A stretch of DNA of 64,000 bases, from positions 7,241 to 71,240 of the forward strand of contig CAZWPX010000004.1 of the NCBI GenBank assembly GCA_964636125.1, given 5' to 3'. The translations under genes and the position numbers were made by a program. The DNA comes from an uncultured Desulfobacterales bacterium. Lineage in GTDB: Bacteria; Desulfobacterota; Desulfobacteria; Desulfobacterales; CAJINA01. Under the pieces are notes generated by a model that made no database searches, was not told the origin of the DNA, and was given only the letters and a program-made list of their open reading frames with translations. Within the stretch, counting starts at the first letter, position 1. Each line of letters opens with the position of its first letter. Shown piece after piece: positions 1-9,990 of this stretch.

Positions 1-69
1 ACTGGAGGCAGGGGGCCAGTCAAGAAAACTGCCAGAAGCAGCAGGGGCTGCACGAATTTCAATAACTGT

Positions 70-831
70 CTACAGTGAGCCATGCATGATGTCCTTTTCT
101 AAGTATTCCATCAGCTGTTTGCCGATTTCAAGCCCCTGGTCTATAAATTCAGGGCCGTATTTTTGGCCGGTAGCGGTCCGGAAAGTTTGGCTGATGCCGG
201 CCAGGCGACGCATGGCGCCCGGGTATTTCCGCATAAAAGCCGTCAAGGGAATATGGGCAAACGAGACCATTTCCCAGACGGTATGGGTAAAGTTATCCGG
301 ACCCCAGCGAAATTTATCCGCGTCGTACAGGCATCCTGATATGAGGGTGCCCTCGGGGTCGGGGCATTCTGTCACCGGCTGGAAAGCTTCATGGTTCTGG
401 ATGGCCAGGCAGATAGCCGCGGTGCAGCCTTTGGGCAGGTCGTACGCTTTCAATATTTTTCTGGCGGTCACGGCCCCGCACTGCGCATGGTTTTTTTCCC
501 GACGACAGATATCGTGCAGCAAACCGGCACATTGCACGAGGACCAGCAGGTCGTCGGATGTTTTGGCAACACCACCTTCGCGTCCATATTCAACCAGCAT
601 GAGAGTGCCCGCATCCAGGGTCACCTTTTCGGCGTGCGGGAACCCGTGGCCAATGGCGTTGTCGGCATGGTTGCGCACAAATCGTTTTAAGCGGGAGACC
701 GTCGAGTCATTTTGTAAGCACTGGTGTGAACGCCGTGATTCTTCAGGGAAATCCCGGTAGAAGGCAGGCTGCGGCAGGCTGGCGGCGATTTGGCGGGCAC
801 GCTCCCGGATTCTCAAGTAGATGGGGTCCAT
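70..831 (-). CDS. HD-domain metal-dependent phosphohydrolase
   Basis: H...HD...D motifs (GHGFPHA, GLLHDI, IQNHE, LYDADK); ATG at 831 preferred over the ORF-track start at 918. Confidence 0.75.
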   Translation of the reverse strand: MDPIYLRIRERARQIAASLPQPAFYRDFPEESRRSHQCLQNDSTVSRLKRFVRNHADNAIGHGFPHAEKVTLDAGTLMLVEYGREGGVAKTSDDLLVLVQCAGLLHDICRREKNHAQCGAVTARKILKAYDLPKGCTAAICLAIQNHEAFQPVTECPDPEGTLISGCLYDADKFRWGPDNFTHTVWEMVSFAHIPLTAFMRKYPGAMRRLAGISQTFRTATGQKYGPEFIDQGLEIGKQLMEYLEKDIMHGSL

Positions 832-937
832 AGCAGCCGTTCCCTGGAGGCCGTATGCAAGGGCCTTTGATTTAACCAAAAACGCCGACTCTCCAGAGGG
901 CTGGAAGGATCGGCGCAATTTTTAAGCGGTCTGGAAA

Positions 938-1432
938 TTAAACAGCGTCAGCCAGGGAGAAAGGTTGTCCGCTGACTTTCCATTTGCCGTCTTCCTTAAC
1001 CAGGTTCAGGGTCTCTTCAACATCCGTGGGGCTCGTGATGAAGAAAATTTTCCCGACAAACCCGTACAGCGGGTTAATCGAATTCCGCGTGGTCCCGGTG
1101 AGGTGGACCGTGGCGGTGGAAGCATTCTGGACAATTGTCTTCGTATGGATGCTGGACAGCGAACGGCGTAGCCGGCTGATGTGATACCCCCGGGAAGCGG
1201 CCTCCATCTGCATGTTGTGGAGGTAGGCGTCGGCCACATCCACTTCCTCTTCGTTGAGTCCATTGTTGACCATGGTCTGGGCCAGGTCCGGGCTCAGGCC
1301 GAAATAGGCTTTGGAGAAGTTGATGGCCGCCCCGTAGGGTGTGTCCCGGCTATCGCTGGCGATAAAAATAATCTGCAATAGGGTTCCTATCAGGATCACG
1401 GTTACCAGAGCAGCTTTATTATCCTGTGACAT
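938..1432 (-). CDS. membrane-anchored hypothetical protein, possibly NTF2/DUF4878-like
   Basis: AGGAGG SD; N-terminal TM helix; C-terminal LVKEDGKWKV motif. Confidence 0.6.
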   Translation of the reverse strand: MSQDNKAALVTVILIGTLLQIIFIASDSRDTPYGAAINFSKAYFGLSPDLAQTMVNNGLNEEEVDVADAYLHNMQMEAASRGYHISRLRRSLSSIHTKTIVQNASTATVHLTGTTRNSINPLYGFVGKIFFITSPTDVEETLNLVKEDGKWKVSGQPFSLADAV

Positions 1433-1675
1433 CGAATGTCCTCCTTGTTACAAAATCAGGTGTAGATCCATCAGGCGCTTCAAATAGCATGGAATTTGAT
1501 TGGTTACAAGGCTTTTTCAACAGCTAGAGGCGGGGCCCGGCCAGACTTGCACCCGTACCAGTTGACCGCCGGTTCAAATTGAGGTATCTTCCAATTATCG
1601 GTAAATTCAGGTAAATAGCGCCTGCCCTCGACCGGCGGCCGCCCGAACCCGGTAAAGGAGGCTTTCCACACCTGT

Positions 1676-3970
1676 ATGAAGTCACTTCTAATGAAACTGC
1701 GCCACAGCCTGATGGCCAAATTAATCGTGACCGTCGGCATGATACTGCTGGCCTCCATGTCCGCCTGGGCGGTTTTAAACATCCAGTCCCAGCGGGAGAA
1801 GATGCGTAGCCAGTTGGTGGCGGGGGCCGACCGACTGGGCAATACCATCATCCTGGGCGCGCGCTACGCGATGATGCTCAACTCCCGGGAGGACATCAAT
1901 GAGATTATCAAAAACATTGGCAAACAGCGTGAAATAGAAGCCATCCGCATCTATAACAAAGACGGGACGATCAAATTCTCCAAAGTGATGCGGGAGGTGG
2001 ATACCACCACCAATATCAAGGCGGAGGCCTGTGATATCTGCCACCGTTCCGATCCGCCCATAGTCGACCTTACCATCGGTGAGTGCATTCGGATTATTAA
2101 ATCCGACGTGGGACACCGCCAGCTCGGTATTATCAAACCCATTTTCAACGACCCGGGCTGCTCAACCGGGGAGTGCCATTTTCACCCGGATGACAAGAAG
2201 GTCCTGGGAGCCTTGGATGTGGTGGTTTCGCTTGAAAAAGCGGACCGTGAAATTCTGCATTTTGAAAAAGAGATCATTGGCCTGGCGCTCTTTGTGTTCG
2301 TTTTAACGGCCGGGATGATTTTTGTCCTGTTTATCAAATTTGTCAATCGGCCGATCAGCCGGTTGGTTGAGGGCACCGGGCGAATCGCGGATGGTCGGTA
2401 TAACGAAAAAATCAGGATCGATACCAATGGCGAGTTCGGTATGCTGGCCGACTCCATCAATGAAATGGGCAGCTCCATCGATGCGAAACAGGTTGAACTG
2501 AACCGGCAAAAAGATGAGTATCAACGGCTGTTTGACCATGTTCCCTGCCTGATTACCGTCCAGGACCGGGACTACAAACTGATCGGCTACAACAAGGAGT
2601 TTGCCGAGAACTTTGACCCCCGCCCAGGTGATTATTGTTATTCCGCCTACAAAGGTAGAGACAGCAAGTGCAAAAGATGCCCGGTGGAAAAGACATTCAA
2701 CGACGGCCGATCGCATTACAGCGAAGAGTCCGGTACCGGCAAAGACGGCAAGCCGACCCACTGGATTGTGAAGACCTCTCCGGTGGAAAATGATACCGGG
2801 GACATTGTTGCGGCCATGGAAATCAGCCTGGACATTACCCATCGGCGGGTACTTGAGGAGCAGTTAAAAAAATCAGAGGAAAAGTACCGGGCCATTTTTG
2901 ATAATATTCCCAACCCGGTACTGGTCATGGACCAGGATTCGTTTGAGATCCTGGACTGTAACGACAGTGTTTACGCGGTCTACGGATTTACGCGAAAAGA
3001 GGCTATCGGCAAATCGTTTCTCGATTTTTTCATCGAGGAAGAGCGCGGTCACTATGCCGTAAAAATCATGACCGCCTCGGTACTCAACCAGGTCAGACAT
3101 TTGAGTAAAGATGGGAAAAATCTGTATGTAACCATCAGGGGCTCCGCATCCGAATATCCCGGGGGGAAAGTCCTGCTGGTGACCATCAGTGATATTACCA
3201 AACGTCTTGAAGCCGAGCAGCAACTCATCCAGGCCAGTAAAATGGCGACCCTGGGTGAAATGGCCACCGGTGTTGCCCACGAACTGAACCAGCCGTTGTC
3301 TGTTATAAAAACCGCCAGCAGTTTTTTCATGAAGAAGGTGTCCAGACAAGAGCCTATCAAGCCGGAAATCTTAAATGAACTGTCGTGTGAGATTGACAGC
3401 CATGTGGACAGGGCCACGAAAATTATCAATCACATGAGGCAGTTCGGGCGTAAATCGGATATCAACCTGGAGCCGGTATATGTCAATCAGGTCCTCAAAA
3501 ATGCATTTGAAATATTCAGTCAGCAGCTCAAGGTGAGAGGCATAACGGTTGAGTGGGAAATCGCAGACAAGCTGCCGCCGGTACTTGCTGATGCGGGCCG
3601 GCTGGAGCAGGTTTGCATCAACCTGTTGATCAATGCCCGGGATTCAATCGAAGAAAAGTGGGAACAACAGGCCGCCTCCCCGGGCACGGGAACCATAAGA
3701 CTCATGTCCGGCCTGGAAGAAGGGGCTGTGGAGGTCAGAGTGTCTGATTCCGGAAAAGGGATTCCGCCTGAAATTTTAGAAAAAGTATTTGAGCCCTTTT
3801 TTACGACCAAGAAAGTCGGGAAGGGCACCGGCCTGGGATTGTCCATCAGTTACGGCATTATTAAAGAGTGCGGAGGGACGATTCGGGTGCAGCCGGGTGA
3901 GCGGGAAGGGGCCTGTTTCGTGCTTACCTTCCCCATAGCTGATGCAGACTCTGAACGGGATGCCATCTGA
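1676..3970 (+). CDS. membrane sensor histidine kinase (periplasmic CxxCH domain, HAMP, 2 PAS, HisKA, HATPase)
   Basis: Two TM helices; CDICH and CSTGECH in the periplasmic part; GVAHELNQP H-box; N, G1, F, G2 boxes (DSGKGI, PFFTTK, GTGLGL). Confidence 0.92.
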   Translation: MKSLLMKLRHSLMAKLIVTVGMILLASMSAWAVLNIQSQREKMRSQLVAGADRLGNTIILGARYAMMLNSREDINEIIKNIGKQREIEAIRIYNKDGTIKFSKVMREVDTTTNIKAEACDICHRSDPPIVDLTIGECIRIIKSDVGHRQLGIIKPIFNDPGCSTGECHFHPDDKKVLGALDVVVSLEKADREILHFEKEIIGLALFVFVLTAGMIFVLFIKFVNRPISRLVEGTGRIADGRYNEKIRIDTNGEFGMLADSINEMGSSIDAKQVELNRQKDEYQRLFDHVPCLITVQDRDYKLIGYNKEFAENFDPRPGDYCYSAYKGRDSKCKRCPVEKTFNDGRSHYSEESGTGKDGKPTHWIVKTSPVENDTGDIVAAMEISLDITHRRVLEEQLKKSEEKYRAIFDNIPNPVLVMDQDSFEILDCNDSVYAVYGFTRKEAIGKSFLDFFIEEERGHYAVKIMTASVLNQVRHLSKDGKNLYVTIRGSASEYPGGKVLLVTISDITKRLEAEQQLIQASKMATLGEMATGVAHELNQPLSVIKTASSFFMKKVSRQEPIKPEILNELSCEIDSHVDRATKIINHMRQFGRKSDINLEPVYVNQVLKNAFEIFSQQLKVRGITVEWEIADKLPPVLADAGRLEQVCINLLINARDSIEEKWEQQAASPGTGTIRLMSGLEEGAVEVRVSDSGKGIPPEILEKVFEPFFTTKKVGKGTGLGLSISYGIIKECGGTIRVQPGEREGACFVLTFPIADADSERDAI

Positions 3971-4013
3971 GCTGGATGGATATGAAGCAACCCAAACGAT
4001 GCGGCGGATTGCT

Positions 4014-5165
4014 ATGCAAAGAGAAGTCCTGCTGGTTGACGACGAAGCCGGTATTCGCAAGGTTCTGCGGATATCTTTAGAAGACAGTGGTTATAAGGTG
4101 TATACTGCGGAAGATGCCGGCAGAGCCCTTGAACTGTTTAAAAAGTATTCCCCCCCCGTGGTGATGACCGACATCAAGATGCCGGGTATGGACGGGATAG
4201 GCCTGCTGAAAAAGCTCAAGGAAAAAAGTCCTGATGTTGAAGTCATCATGATCACCGGCCACGGGGACATCAATCTGGCCATCAAGAGCCTGAAGTTCGA
4301 GGCCACGGATTTTATCACGAAACCGATTCATGACGAAGCCCTCGACATTGCGATGAAAAGGGCCTGGGAACGTCTGACCCTGAAGCGGCAGCTGCGGGAG
4401 TATACGGAAAATCTCGAGCAGCTTGTCGAGGAAAAGACCCGGCGACTTGTGGACGCCGAACGGCTCGCTGCCGTGGGGGAAACCGTGGCGGGTCTGAGCC
4501 ACGCCATTAAGAATATTGCCGGTGGACTCAGCGGCGGTTCTTTTGTACTTGAGCAGGGCCTGGAACTGGACAATAAGGCGTATCTCCTTGATGGCTGGCA
4601 GATGCTGAAAAAGAACATTGACAAAATTACCGACCTTTCAATGGACTTGCTGGATTACGCCAAAGCCGACAGCCTGCAGTTTAAGCACTGCGATCCCAAC
4701 GGGCCTTTAGAGGATGTGGCCGAGTTAATGGCGGAAAAAGCGAGTGCGGCCGAAATTGCGCTCCATATCGAAGTGGCTGAAACCCTGTCCCCCGTGGTTT
4801 GCGATCCGGACGCCCTGCACCGATGCCTTCTGAACCTGGTTACAAACGCGCTGGAAGCCTGCCGGGAAGGCCGGCCATGCCCGGAACCCAAAATGATCAT
4901 GCTGCAGTCACGGCAAGTAGACGGGTGGGGCGTTGAGTATCGTGTCAAGGACAATTGCGGCGGTATGGACAGGCAGACGCGTGATAAAGTTTTCAGCCCC
5001 TTTTTCAGCACAAAGGGCCGGCTCGGTACAGGTATTGGACTGATGCTTACCAAAAAAATAGTCGACAAGCATGGCGGCATCATTGGCGTCGACTCCGCTC
5101 CGGGAGCAGCCACGCTTTTCACAATCAAGCTTCCCGCAGGTCCCCCGGAACCTACCACCAACTGA
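4014..5165 (+). CDS. hybrid response regulator/histidine kinase (REC-HisKA-HATPase)
   Basis: LLVDDE, TDIKMPGMDG, ITGHG, TKP receiver motifs; GLSHAIKN H-box; FFSTKG, GTGIGL. Confidence 0.9.
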   Translation: MQREVLLVDDEAGIRKVLRISLEDSGYKVYTAEDAGRALELFKKYSPPVVMTDIKMPGMDGIGLLKKLKEKSPDVEVIMITGHGDINLAIKSLKFEATDFITKPIHDEALDIAMKRAWERLTLKRQLREYTENLEQLVEEKTRRLVDAERLAAVGETVAGLSHAIKNIAGGLSGGSFVLEQGLELDNKAYLLDGWQMLKKNIDKITDLSMDLLDYAKADSLQFKHCDPNGPLEDVAELMAEKASAAEIALHIEVAETLSPVVCDPDALHRCLLNLVTNALEACREGRPCPEPKMIMLQSRQVDGWGVEYRVKDNCGGMDRQTRDKVFSPFFSTKGRLGTGIGLMLTKKIVDKHGGIIGVDSAPGAATLFTIKLPAGPPEPTTN

Positions 5166-5231
5166 AAAACTCCATAAAAACAAAGCCCTAAAAGTTTTTG
5201 CCCTTATTGACGGGTATGGCGTGAAAAAAGA

Positions 5232-5269
5232 TTGACAGGTATCACTTTCTTGACTTATAAAGTCGGGAA
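5232..5269 (+). promoter_or_regulatory. sigma70-like promoter with overlapping Rrf2/IscR-type inverted repeat
   Basis: TTGACA (5232)-N18-TATAAA; TTCTTGACT-tataa-AGTCGGGAA at 5247-5269, upstream of the Rrf2 gene. Confidence 0.55.
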
Positions 5270-5374
5270 TATTGTGCACCCTAAAGGTCGGGAAAGCGGT
5301 AGCCGCAGAGAATAAGACTGTTTATTATAGTTATATTCTTTGCCAGATTACTTCTAAACCAAGTAGGGATCCTC

Positions 5375-5818
5375 ATGCTGATTGCGCCTAAAAAACAGCA
5401 ATACGCCATTCGAGCCATGCTCGAACTTGCCCGGCACCAGGGAAAGGGCCCGATTAAAATATCCGATATAGCTGAAGCCCAGGCTATCCCCCGGCGTTTC
5501 CTTGAAGTTATCCTCAATCAGTTGAAGGGCAGTGGATTCATCGGCTCCAAAAGAGGTTATTCCGGCGGGTATCAACTGGTCATTTCGGCCAGCGATATCC
5601 GGGTGGGCGATATCATCAGGCACATTCAGGGCGATAAGGACCTGATTGAGTGCATTGCGTGCGTTGCCCAGGAGGAGTGCCCTTTTGAAGGCCGCTGCTC
5701 TCTGTTCCAGATGTGGAATAAAGTGAGGGATGCGATATTCAGTGTTTATGACGCCACGACCCTGCAGGATCTGCTCGAAGGCGGTGTAATCAGTGGGCGG
5801 GGCAAGTGTGAGTCATAG
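5375..5818 (+). CDS. rrf2: Rrf2-family transcriptional regulator, probably Fe-S binding
   Basis: YAIRAMLELA, IAEAQAIPRRFLEVIL, SKRGYSGGY; C-terminal C-x2-C-x5-C-x5-C; directly before hmcA. Confidence 0.9.
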   Translation: MLIAPKKQQYAIRAMLELARHQGKGPIKISDIAEAQAIPRRFLEVILNQLKGSGFIGSKRGYSGGYQLVISASDIRVGDIIRHIQGDKDLIECIACVAQEECPFEGRCSLFQMWNKVRDAIFSVYDATTLQDLLEGGVISGRGKCES

Positions 5819-5856
5819 TTATTAAATTCAGGCAAATTAAATCAAGGACTTGAACT

Positions 5857-7410
5857 ATGAACAAGGGACGTTCGCTGTTACGGTGGGGAGGATTGCTGTC
5901 GGCGGTTGCGGCGGTGTTGATATTTGGCACCCATGGGCTTGCCTCGCTGACCGGTAAGAAACAGGCAATGCGGCCGGATGTTATTCAAATTGAGGTGCTG
6001 AAGAAATACGGCGACCTTGAGCGGCCCGTGGTGACCTTTCTGCATGACAAACACTCCGAAGCCGTCCAGGAAATGGGCCAAGACTGCACCGCCTGCCATG
6101 AGAAAAATGACGGTAAGCTGGTGCTGCTGTACAAACGGGACGCGGACCTTTCCAAAAAAGCGGTCATGGATACCTACCATGACAACTGTATTGCCTGCCA
6201 CAAAGAGGCCACCGCCAAGAAGCTCAAGTCAGGTCCGGTGACGTGCAACGGGTGCCACGACCGGAAAAAAATAGTGGTGTCGTCCCGCATGCCGGCCGGG
6301 CTGGATAAAGCCCTTCACTATCGGCATGATAAAGCCTTTTCCGGCAAGTGTGAACAATGCCACCATGCTTACGATGAGAAGAAGAAAGAAATCTACTACG
6401 ACAAGGGCAAGGAGGCCAGCTGCCGCTATTGTCACGGTGAGCAGGCGGTGGACAACAAGGCTTCTTTCAGGACGGCGGCCCACAAGGACTGCCTGGGGTG
6501 TCATGTCAAACTGACTGCCAAGAAAAAAGACGCCGGGCCGATTCAGTGTGCCGGTTGTCATGGCGCTGCAGCTCAGGCCCAGGCGCCGCCTGCGGCGGAT
6601 ATCCCCAGAATGAAACGCAACCAGCCCGATGCCGCCATCATCAAGAAAGGCCCGGGTGGGACCATGAACCGGGTGGCCTTTAACCATCAGGGGCATGAGG
6701 GCTACGCCAATAATTGCCGGGTATGCCACCACAAAGAGATGACGGCCTGCAACGATTGCCACACAGTGGCCGGGAAAAAAGAGGGTGGTTTTGTGACCCT
6801 CGAATCGGCCATGCACCAATTCGACAAGGGCACCAGCTGCTTTGGCTGCCACACCAGCCAGAAGACGTCAAAGAACTGCGCCGGCTGTCATGCCTTGATG
6901 GAAACGCGCAAGCGCAAAGACAACGCGACCTGTCTGGGTTGCCATACGATCCCGGCGAAAGCTGTTGCGGCTGAGGCGGGGCCTGATGAGCTGGCGGCCG
7001 TTGCCATGCTTGAACTGCAGGGCCGCAACCTGGAAATCCCGACCTTCAACCAGAAAGATATCCCGGAAGAGGTCGAGATCAAGCAGATCGTAGATAAGTA
7101 CGAGCCGGTGAAATTTCCCCACCGCAAGATCATCAACAAATTGATGAGCAACATGCAGGGCAACAAACTGGCTGGCTATTTCCATGCCCAGCCGGGTACC
7201 ATGTGCCAGGGGTGTCACCACAACAGCCCGTCTGCTGCCAAGCCGCCCAAATGCGCGAGCTGCCATATGAAACCGGTTGACAAACAGGCGCTGCACCGGC
7301 CGGGCTTGATGGCTGCTTACCATCGGCAGTGCATGGGATGTCACACGGAAATGGGAATTGAAAAACCTTCAAATGTAGACTGTACCGGTTGCCATTTAGA
7401 GAAAAAATAG
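5857..7410 (+). CDS. hmcA: high-molecular-weight 16-heme cytochrome c HmcA
   Basis: Signal peptide; 16 CxxCH motifs counted; first structural gene of the operon. Confidence 0.95.
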   Translation: MNKGRSLLRWGGLLSAVAAVLIFGTHGLASLTGKKQAMRPDVIQIEVLKKYGDLERPVVTFLHDKHSEAVQEMGQDCTACHEKNDGKLVLLYKRDADLSKKAVMDTYHDNCIACHKEATAKKLKSGPVTCNGCHDRKKIVVSSRMPAGLDKALHYRHDKAFSGKCEQCHHAYDEKKKEIYYDKGKEASCRYCHGEQAVDNKASFRTAAHKDCLGCHVKLTAKKKDAGPIQCAGCHGAAAQAQAPPAADIPRMKRNQPDAAIIKKGPGGTMNRVAFNHQGHEGYANNCRVCHHKEMTACNDCHTVAGKKEGGFVTLESAMHQFDKGTSCFGCHTSQKTSKNCAGCHALMETRKRKDNATCLGCHTIPAKAVAAEAGPDELAAVAMLELQGRNLEIPTFNQKDIPEEVEIKQIVDKYEPVKFPHRKIINKLMSNMQGNKLAGYFHAQPGTMCQGCHHNSPSAAKPPKCASCHMKPVDKQALHRPGLMAAYHRQCMGCHTEMGIEKPSNVDCTGCHLEKK

Positions 7411-7452
7411 CGGCGACGGCGGGACTGTAATTTATTATTCGAGGTGCTTTAA

Positions 7453-8559
7453 ATGTCCATATCAAGAAGAAAATTTTTAGGATGGATCGGCGCGGCAGGG
7501 ATGGCCACTACTGTGGGGCGCCGTGCCGAAGCCGCAGGTGGCAAGCATTTCACAGGGTACTCTGACAGCGGTGGTGTGCTGCATGACGCAACCTTGTGCA
7601 TCGGCTGCCGGGTTTGTGAAGCGGCCTGCAATGCAGTCAACGAGCTGCCTGAACCCGACAAACCTTTTAAAGACCAGGCAGTTCTCGAAGAAAAGCGCAG
7701 AACTACCAGCAAAACCTATACAGTAGTTAACAGGTACATGACGGGTGGGGAAAAAGCGGGCCCGGTATTTCGCAAGGACCAGTGCAACCATTGCCTGGAG
7801 CCGGCCTGTGCGTCGGCCTGTTTCGTGGAAGCTTTCAAGAAGACACCCACGGGGGCGGTCACCTATGACGCCTCGGTCTGTGTGGGCTGCCGCTACTGTA
7901 TGATCGCCTGTCCCTTTGCAATACCGACCTATGAATATGATAACCCCACCACCCCGGTGGTGAGAAAATGTACCCTGTGCTACCCGCGTATCAATAAAGG
8001 GAAACTGCCCGGATGTGTGGAAAAATGTCCCACGGAAGCACTCGTTTTTGGTGAAAGAGAGGCGCTGATTAGGATTGCCAGGGAGAGAATCCGAAAACAT
8101 CCGGAGCGCTACGTGGATCATATTTACGGCGAGAACGAAATGGGCGGCACCAGCTGGCTCTACCTTTCCGGGGTTCCGTTTGAACAGCTGGGGTTGCGAG
8201 AAGATCTTGGAGTTACGCCGGCGCCCCAGCTTACCAAGGGCGCGCTTGGCGCGGTCCCCATGGTTGTGGGGTTGTGGCCGGTATTCCTGACCGGTGTCTG
8301 GGCCATGACCAAGCGGAAGGAAAAAATCGCCGAGGAGGAACAGGCGCAGGCGGTCGAGACCGCACTGGCCCAGGCGAGCGGTGAGGCAGCTGAAAAGCTC
8401 GCCGCGGCCATGGATAAAGCGGACAAGGACAAGAAAACCGCCATTGCCAAAGAAGTTAAACAAGCGGTTGAAGAGGCTGAAAAAGCCTGGGAAGAAAAAG
8501 CTGCATCGGATGGTGAAGAACCTGACACCGGGGCACAAGATGAAAAGGGAGAATCCTGA
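7453..8559 (+). CDS. hmcB: Hmc complex periplasmic polyferredoxin subunit
   Basis: Tat signal SRRKFL; [41 protein letters not shown]; TM anchor then charged tail. Confidence 0.93.
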   Translation: MSISRRKFLGWIGAAGMATTVGRRAEAAGGKHFTGYSDSGGVLHDATLCIGCRVCEAACNAVNELPEPDKPFKDQAVLEEKRRTTSKTYTVVNRYMTGGEKAGPVFRKDQCNHCLEPACASACFVEAFKKTPTGAVTYDASVCVGCRYCMIACPFAIPTYEYDNPTTPVVRKCTLCYPRINKGKLPGCVEKCPTEALVFGEREALIRIARERIRKHPERYVDHIYGENEMGGTSWLYLSGVPFEQLGLREDLGVTPAPQLTKGALGAVPMVVGLWPVFLTGVWAMTKRKEKIAEEEQAQAVETALAQASGEAAEKLAAAMDKADKDKKTAIAKEVKQAVEEAEKAWEEKAASDGEEPDTGAQDEKGES

Positions 8560-9737
8560 TGTCTGAACATGTTGCCACAGACAGCAAATCATATCTCAGC
8601 ACGTTCAATGTCATGGCCGGAATTATCGTGATTGTCGGCCTGGTTGTCACCGCCATGCGTTTCATCGGTGGTCTGGGAACCGTGACCAATTTGTCGGATT
8701 ACAACCCCTGGGGGATCTGGATCGGGTTTGATCTGCTCTGCGGTGTTGCCCTGGCTGCCGGCGGTTACGTGACATCCGCCGCCTGCTATATTTTCGGCAT
8801 GAAAAGATACCACTCTGCGGTGCGCCCGGCTATCCTGACCGGTTTTCTGGGTTACGCACTTGTTTTTCTGGCCCTTTTGTACGATGTGGGGCGGCCGGTC
8901 AGGTTGGTTTTGGCCTACCCGTTTGTGGTCCAGCCGGGCACCTCTTCCCTGCTGTTTGAAGTAGGCCTGTGCGTCGCATTGTACCTCAACGTGCTTTTCC
9001 TTGAATTCTGCCCGGCAGCCCTGGAGTGGCTGGGTATCAGAAAACTGCGTGATATCCTGGTCAAGATTACGATGGTGCTGACCATCTTTGGCGTGGTGCT
9101 GAGTACGCTGCACCAGTCTTCCCTGGGAGCGCTTTTTCTCATCGCGCCCTCCAAGCTGCACCCGCTGTGGTATTCCCAGTATATTCCGGTCTACTTTTTT
9201 GTTTCCAGCGTGATTGCGGGCTTGTCCATGGTTCTTTTTGAAAGCACCCTGGCTCACAAATACTTTCATCACAAAATGGACGAAACGCATCTCGGTGAGA
9301 GTGACGGTTTAACCATGGGGTTTGGAAAAGCCGCTTCGATCGTACTGGCCGGCTACTTTGCAATCAAGGTGATCGGCATCGCGGCCGACAACAACTGGCA
9401 CCACCTCGTCACCGGATGGGGTGCCTGGTACCTGGTCGAGTTGATCGGGTTTGTGGCGCTGCCCTGCTTTCTGTTCGCTCTGGGTGTGCGCGACAGCAAC
9501 CTCAAGCTGATTCGTTACACGGCGGTCTGGAGTGTGCTGGGTATTATCATCAACCGGCTCAACGTGTCGGTGATTGCTTTTAACTGGCATCTGCCGGCTG
9601 CGGACCGTTATTTCCCTCATTTTTTGGAGATAGTTACCTCTGTATTTATCGTAACGGTAGGCATCATCGCCTACCGGTTTATCGTGAACAACATGCCGGT
9701 GCTTTACGAGCATCCGGACTATAAAGAAAAACATTGA
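8559..9737 (+). CDS. hmcC: Hmc complex NrfD/PsrC-type membrane subunit
   Basis: PWGIWIGFDLLCGVALAAGG, DVGRP, STLHQSSLG; about 10 TM helices. Confidence 0.93.
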   Translation: MSEHVATDSKSYLSTFNVMAGIIVIVGLVVTAMRFIGGLGTVTNLSDYNPWGIWIGFDLLCGVALAAGGYVTSAACYIFGMKRYHSAVRPAILTGFLGYALVFLALLYDVGRPVRLVLAYPFVVQPGTSSLLFEVGLCVALYLNVLFLEFCPAALEWLGIRKLRDILVKITMVLTIFGVVLSTLHQSSLGALFLIAPSKLHPLWYSQYIPVYFFVSSVIAGLSMVLFESTLAHKYFHHKMDETHLGESDGLTMGFGKAASIVLAGYFAIKVIGIAADNNWHHLVTGWGAWYLVELIGFVALPCFLFALGVRDSNLKLIRYTAVWSVLGIIINRLNVSVIAFNWHLPAADRYFPHFLEIVTSVFIVTVGIIAYRFIVNNMPVLYEHPDYKEKH

Positions 9738-9739
9738 TG

Positions 9740-9771
9740 AGAAGCCATCTCAAATTTTTGAGATAGCTTCT
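9740..9771. repeat. compact intergenic palindrome
   Basis: AGAAGCCATCTCAAA-tt-TTTGAGATAGCTTCT between hmcC and hmcD; GAGATAGCTTCT recurs at 42314-42325. Confidence 0.55.
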
Positions 9772-9792
9772 GCTACGCAAAGGACGTAACCA

Positions 9793-9924
9793 ATGGAACA
9801 GGCGTTTTATACACTTCAGGATTTTATGGTGCACACCAAGGCCGTTGTCTATGTACTGATGGGGCTATGGCTGATCGGAGTGGTTGGTTTCTGGCGATTT
9901 TTAACCGGAAGAGACGACGACTGA
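9793..9924 (+). CDS. hmcD: Hmc complex small membrane subunit HmcD (43 aa, below ORF-track cutoff)
   Basis: Translated by hand: MEQAFYTLQDFMVHTKAVVYVLMGLWLIGVVGFWRFLTGRDDD*; AAGGA SD; one TM helix; lies between hmcC and hmcE. Confidence 0.85.
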   Translation: MEQAFYTLQDFMVHTKAVVYVLMGLWLIGVVGFWRFLTGRDDD

Positions 9925-9990
9925 TTTGGCCGGCCGGTATTTCCAATCCAATTTATTGCGGCAGCATCTTGTTGATGTGAGGAGAAGAAA

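Noticed and set aside
7477-8592. 371-aa - strand ORF and similar long antisense ORFs (e.g. 45055-46017, 19692-20582)
   Set aside because: They overlap well-supported genes and have no independent coding signal.
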